This document shows, piece by piece, positions 59,240 through 64,000 of a DNA stretch of 64,000 bases (position 1 is the first letter of the stretch; each line of letters starts with the position of its first letter). Origin of the DNA: the human T2T-CHM13v2.0 reference genome, Homo sapiens; assembly GCF_009914755.1 (NCBI RefSeq), contig NC_060943.1, one strand, 5' to 3'. The translations under genes were made by a program, and so were the position numbers. The notes beneath the pieces were generated by a model. That model was not told the origin of the DNA and made no database searches. It saw nothing but the letters and a program-made list of their open reading frames with translations.

Positions 59240-60060
59240 CTCACAAGGGCCCCAGACCCAGACAGAGTCGGACTCGTCGCTGATTTCCTCAGACTCTTCA
59301 TCCCTACAGCCAAAGGACCCGTCATTAACGCCCCGCTTCCTCAGCGACTGCGTTCAAATACAGCCCCAATCAGGACGCTCCACGCACCATCGGTACACAG
59401 ACCCACAGGCCGCGAGTCCATGCCCAGAACTCGACTCACCCGAGCCCGAACCTCTCCAGACACCACTGGCAGCGACAAAACGCCGCATCCACGTCCGAAA
59501 ACGCTTCCTATTCAGACGCGCTCCTGCGCGGACTCCGGGAAGCTGAGCGGTAAAGACCGTGAAGCGAGGCGAGGACCACGGAGCCTGCCCGGGATCGCGA
59601 GTTCAGACTGCGGGCGCCGCTCTATGAGGTCACAGGGCTGCGCCCATCGCAGCGTTTCTGACAGGAGCGGCCATAATGGCTGTGGGAATCACTCTTAGTC
59701 ACCTCAGTGCCTTTCTCTCTTCGTTGCAAGGGACACTCAAGAGTCGGGTGCCCAGCCAAGGCCAACACGGCGCAGTGGCATTCTATTCAGCCTGCTGTGG
59801 AAAAAAGATGGCGGCGCCCTTTGTGCCCATTATAGCTGAGAGTGGAGCCTTAGCTGGAGCACCATGGGCACGGCCATCTTAGAGGAAGGCAGCAGCCGTA
59901 CGGCAGAGAAGATGCTCATATCCAGGACAATTTGGAAAAATAAACAAGGTTTGAAGAAGTCACGGTGCTGGCCAGGAAGCGGTCACAGAGTTGCCAAAAC
60001 CAGTGGTCACTGAAAGTGTTAGATTTGGGGATAGGGCGGGGGTTCTGGGCTGGGTAAGGC
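59240..60060. promoter_or_regulatory. CpG-island promoter of ZNF614 with YY1, ETS-like and GC-box motifs
   Basis: AAGATGGCGGC about 59805, GGCCATCTT about 59872, CAGGAAGC about 59973, GGGCGGGG about 60033. Confidence 0.8.
59440..59625 (-). other. ZNF614: ZNF614 non-coding exon 1 (5' end approximate)
   Basis: CGG|gtgagt donor at 59439 within a CpG island. Confidence 0.7.
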
Positions 60061-62601
60061 TTTTGTGGGTTAGATTAGACTCTGACTGAATGGACGAAGC
60101 CGAGAACAGGAGTGATGCTCCATTAAATGCTAATACCCACATGGGGCTTGCTATTAAAACCACTGCCAGTGGGGAAGGGGATGAGGAGGTGAAGGTGCAA
60201 CTGTGTTAATATCTACATGTTTCCTTCCAGAAGTAAAGGAAGATGACAGTGGGGCACTTAAGAATATGAAATTATTAGAATGCGATCATCCTACTTTGCA
60301 ATGTTTCCAGATTTTTTAAAAAGTCACACTTAAAAAATATTAGTTCTATTTTTGCAGATGTTGGCGTTGTAACTGTAGAAGATTTAAGTAAATATTGTAT
60401 TTTTGGAAGGCAACCTAGAGCCAATTTAATTTTTTCGTTTTCTTTGACACAGCAATTCTAAAAGCTATCTAGGCAAATCTGTCTTAATATTAACCACAAC
60501 TTTTGTAATTTACAAAAAAAGGGAATTACAATGAGAGATGAATACTTTGGTAAATTATGGAACATCTGCTGAACTGTAAGAGTATATATCAATTTAAAAG
60601 AATATGCTACAATTGTTTTATAAAAAAGAAAACTTTGTCAGAGGACAAAAAAATGATCTGCAGGATAGTATATATTTTATGGTCTTGTTATTGGAAGAAA
60701 TCATAAACATCTTTTGGAAAATTGTGATTGGTTAAACAAGACATTTAGTTTGAATTAATATTGTTTGTGTTCATAGGTAGAGAATGCCATGTTTTTACTT
60801 GAAAAATATTCCCAATTTATACTTAATTTTACTATCTTTGTACCATAATCATGAATATATTATAAAACATGTTGATCTTAGAAAATAGGTATGATGATGT
60901 ATAATAAGTTCATGGCATGATAAATGCAAAATAGGCTGTTTTCTTTCAGAAAATAAATATGCTCATGCATTTGAAAAATTCTGGAGAATATACTAACAAT
61001 ATTTGACTGTTCCGTACAATTATGGTGACTTAAAATTTCTTCATTTTACTTACGTTTTGTAATTTCTAGAGAATAAGAATTTCATGTTCGTATTTCTTGA
61101 GTGTTATAACATATTCCATCCAGGATTAAATTTCAGCCCCGTTCATCTGGAATGTTAATCTCTGGTAGGTAAGTTTAGCACCTGGTCCACAGGACTATGA
61201 GCAGCCCATGATGGGACCTTCACTGATCATTTCCAGGAGTGGGCTGATAAAACTTTGCCGTGGCAGGCTGTGCTGATTCACGGGACAAGGAAGGTGATTC
61301 AAGGGCCTGGTTGGTGGAGCACTTTTGTCTGATTCATTGCTGGAGACAATCTGCCCTGAATCCATCCTGTTACAGTGTGGGAATGGTGATGGGAGCACCA
61401 ATCCACAATTTAGGGCAGAGATGTTCAAATTTAAGAAGGCTCTTTTTATAAATGCAGAGTCCGAACCCCATCCCCAGAAATTCTAGCTTGGAATGTCTGG
61501 GGAGTGACTCAAGAATTTGCCTTCTTTTACAAGCTTCTCAGAGAATGCTGAGGCAGGAACCCCAAAGAAAACACTTAGAAAGTTCTATAGTGTTCTGGAC
61601 TTAAAAATATGATGGCTGTGTCCCCACAGTATATTTAGGCTTTGGTTCAAATTATATCTGCACAGAAAAGCCTATCCTGAAAACTCTTCCTAAAATAACT
61701 CAGGTTACAATCTATGAACTTACCAGGCTTTATATTTCTTCCTAGCACTTAACTGAATTCGATTTTGTATTTATCTTACTCAGTCTCCTTCACCAGACTG
61801 TATGTCATATCAAAGCCAGCACTTTGCCTGTTTTGTTCATTGATGTGTCTCCATTGCCTACAACATGCCTGCCATGGTGTAGAAGCTCAAAAAATATTTT
61901 CAAAGAAGTAAATTACTCAATATGGAGTCAGGGATTGAATTCTGCCACAATACTATATGGCAAATGTCTATTACTTTTATAAAGAGAACTCACCATTTAT
62001 AAACTGGATTAAATCTCATTAGATCAAGGGAAATAACTCTGGATAGAGAAAACAGGAACCCTGTTTCTAGGGAAACTAATAATTTTTTGCCACCAGGCCT
62101 GCTCAAAGAGAAATGATTAAGGAAGTTCGCACAAAAAGGAAATAACTAAAGGAAATATTACATCAGGAATGAAGAAAAAGGAACAGAAAGGGTAAATATA
62201 TTATAAAATATAATATTCTTTTGAGTTTTAAACATTGGGTTTGCTGGTTGGAAGCAAAAGTTACAATTTTACTTGATATGGTTCTCAGTGGATGTAGAGA
62301 TGCTTAATATCATTTTGTGTTAGGGGTGTGTAAGTTGAGGCCATGATCATATACCACCACACACCTAATAGGAAAGCTAAAGCACACTGGCAATGCCAAG
62401 AGCTAGAAAGGGCATGGAATGCTTACACATTGGTGGTGGGAATGTAAACTAGTACAGCCACTCTGGGAAAGAGTTTGGCCATTTCTTATAAAGTTAAACA
62501 CATTTACCATATTCGCCAGCAGTCATGCCCCCAGTGTCTATCCCAAATATATAAAAACTTAACGTTCGCACAATATCGGGTACACAAATAGTCACAGCAT
62601 C

Positions 62602-62607
62602 TTTATT
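62602..62607 (-). terminator. Paralogous L1-derived AATAAA, the predicted 3' end of the next minus-strand gene (probably ZNF432)
   Basis: cacagcatctttatttataacagc is nearly identical to the ZNF614 site at 44530-44550. Confidence 0.45.
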
Positions 62608-63817
62608 TATAACAGCAAAACACTGGAAACAACCCAAATGTCCATCAACAGTGAATGGATACACAAACCCTGGTGCATCCATTTAAAAGAATACTAACTC
62701 AGTAACAAAAATTAAAACTATTTAGACACCTAACAACTTGGATAGATCTTAAGGGTAATTTGCTGAGTGAACAAAGCCCTATCTCAAAGCTTGCGTACCT
62801 TACGATTCCATTTTAATAGCATTCTTGAAATAACAAAATTAGGGTAATGGGATCAGTGGCTACCATGGGTCATATTGGGAGGACAGTGTGAGTATAAAGA
62901 GGTAGCAAGAGGAGGCCAGGCGTGGTGGCTCATGCCTGTAATCCCAGCACTTTGGGAGGCTGAGGCGGGTGGACCGCCCGGGGTCGAGAGTTCAAGGCCA
63001 GCCTGGCCAACACAGTGAAACCCCGTCTCTACTAAAAATACAAAAATTAGTCGAGCGTGGTCGTGGGTGCCTGTAATCCCAGCTACTTAGGAGGCTGAGG
63101 CAGGAAAATCTCTTGAACCTGGGAGGCGGGGTTGCAGTGAGCCAAGATCGTGCTATTACACTCCAACCTGGGCAACAAGAGCAGAACTCCGTGGTTTTTA
63201 TTATTATGGTTATGTAAGATAACATTGATGATGCTAAGCAAAGAATACTCAGGAAACTTTTGTATATTTTGTAATCTCTTGTGAATCTAGAATTATTTCA
63301 AAACAAATTTTAGAAAAATAACATTTAAGGCATTTTTGTAAACTACATAATGGTACCTAGTAACTTGGATAAACACATCCAAATATACTGAATTACATTT
63401 ATCAGTAAATTGAAAAAAATAAATTTGGGGCCTATAATATGTAAGAACTAATAAATAACACCAGATTGGCACAGAAAACACCTGTGTTATATATAGGATT
63501 AAAATTTAATCAGTGATAAGAACAGCCCGCTTTACAATTATGGAATCATTGATAATATGATGCAAGGTATGCTGTCACAGAATAGATATCAAGTGTATCA
63601 TGAGTTTAGATTTGTGACAGTCCTCAAATATGGTTTTTTTTTTTTTTTTTTGAGGCAGAGTTTCGCTCTTGTTGCCCAGGCTGGAATGCAATGGCGCAAT
63701 CTTGGCTCACTGAAACCTCTGCCTCCCAGGTTCAAGTGATTCTCCAGCTTAGCCTCCAGAGTAGCTGGGATTACAAGCGTGAGCCACCATGCTCGGCTAA
63801 TTTTGTATTTTTAGTAG

Positions 63818-63949
<132 letters not shown>

Positions 63950-64000
63950 TGAGACTTTTTTACTTCATGAATTTCCTGATCCTTTTTAAAGTTACTCTTC

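Overview
Human/primate genomic DNA: part of a tandem KRAB-C2H2 zinc-finger cluster that I recognise from the encoded proteins as chr19q13.41 ZNF350 (ZBRK1; 5' half only), ZNF615 and ZNF614. All three are on the minus strand with the same exon plan (non-coding exon 1, 15-nt ATG exon, 127-nt KRAB-A, 96-nt KRAB-B, long finger exon). Spliced by hand they give 731 aa (ZNF615, 19 fingers; 742 aa with an L1-derived 33-nt microexon) and 585 aa (ZNF614). Introns and spacers are dense in transposons: about 40 Alus, a deleted HERV-K(HML-6)/LTR3 provirus antisense in ZNF350 intron 1, two solo LTR3, four LTR5 (HML-2) copies or fragments, an SVA2, a polyadenylated LTR7 retrocopy, and MER21-like, MST, MER2 and L1 relics. 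The best candidate for a new system is in the HML-6 env: a cryptic GT-AG intron (11342-11659) spans the frameshifts and stop between SU and TM and would restore a 477-aa SU-TM ORF, with a CAG/TAG tandem acceptor choosing between SU-only and membrane-anchored forms. Other highlights: fossil ZBRK1-type C-terminal domains in the ZNF614/ZNF615 3'UTRs, two HML-6 insertions at the same Alu hexamer, a G-to-A hypermutated LTR5, and a paralogous L1-derived poly(A) signal that predicts the 3' end of a fourth gene. Gene and repeat family names come from recognition or memory, not from database searches.
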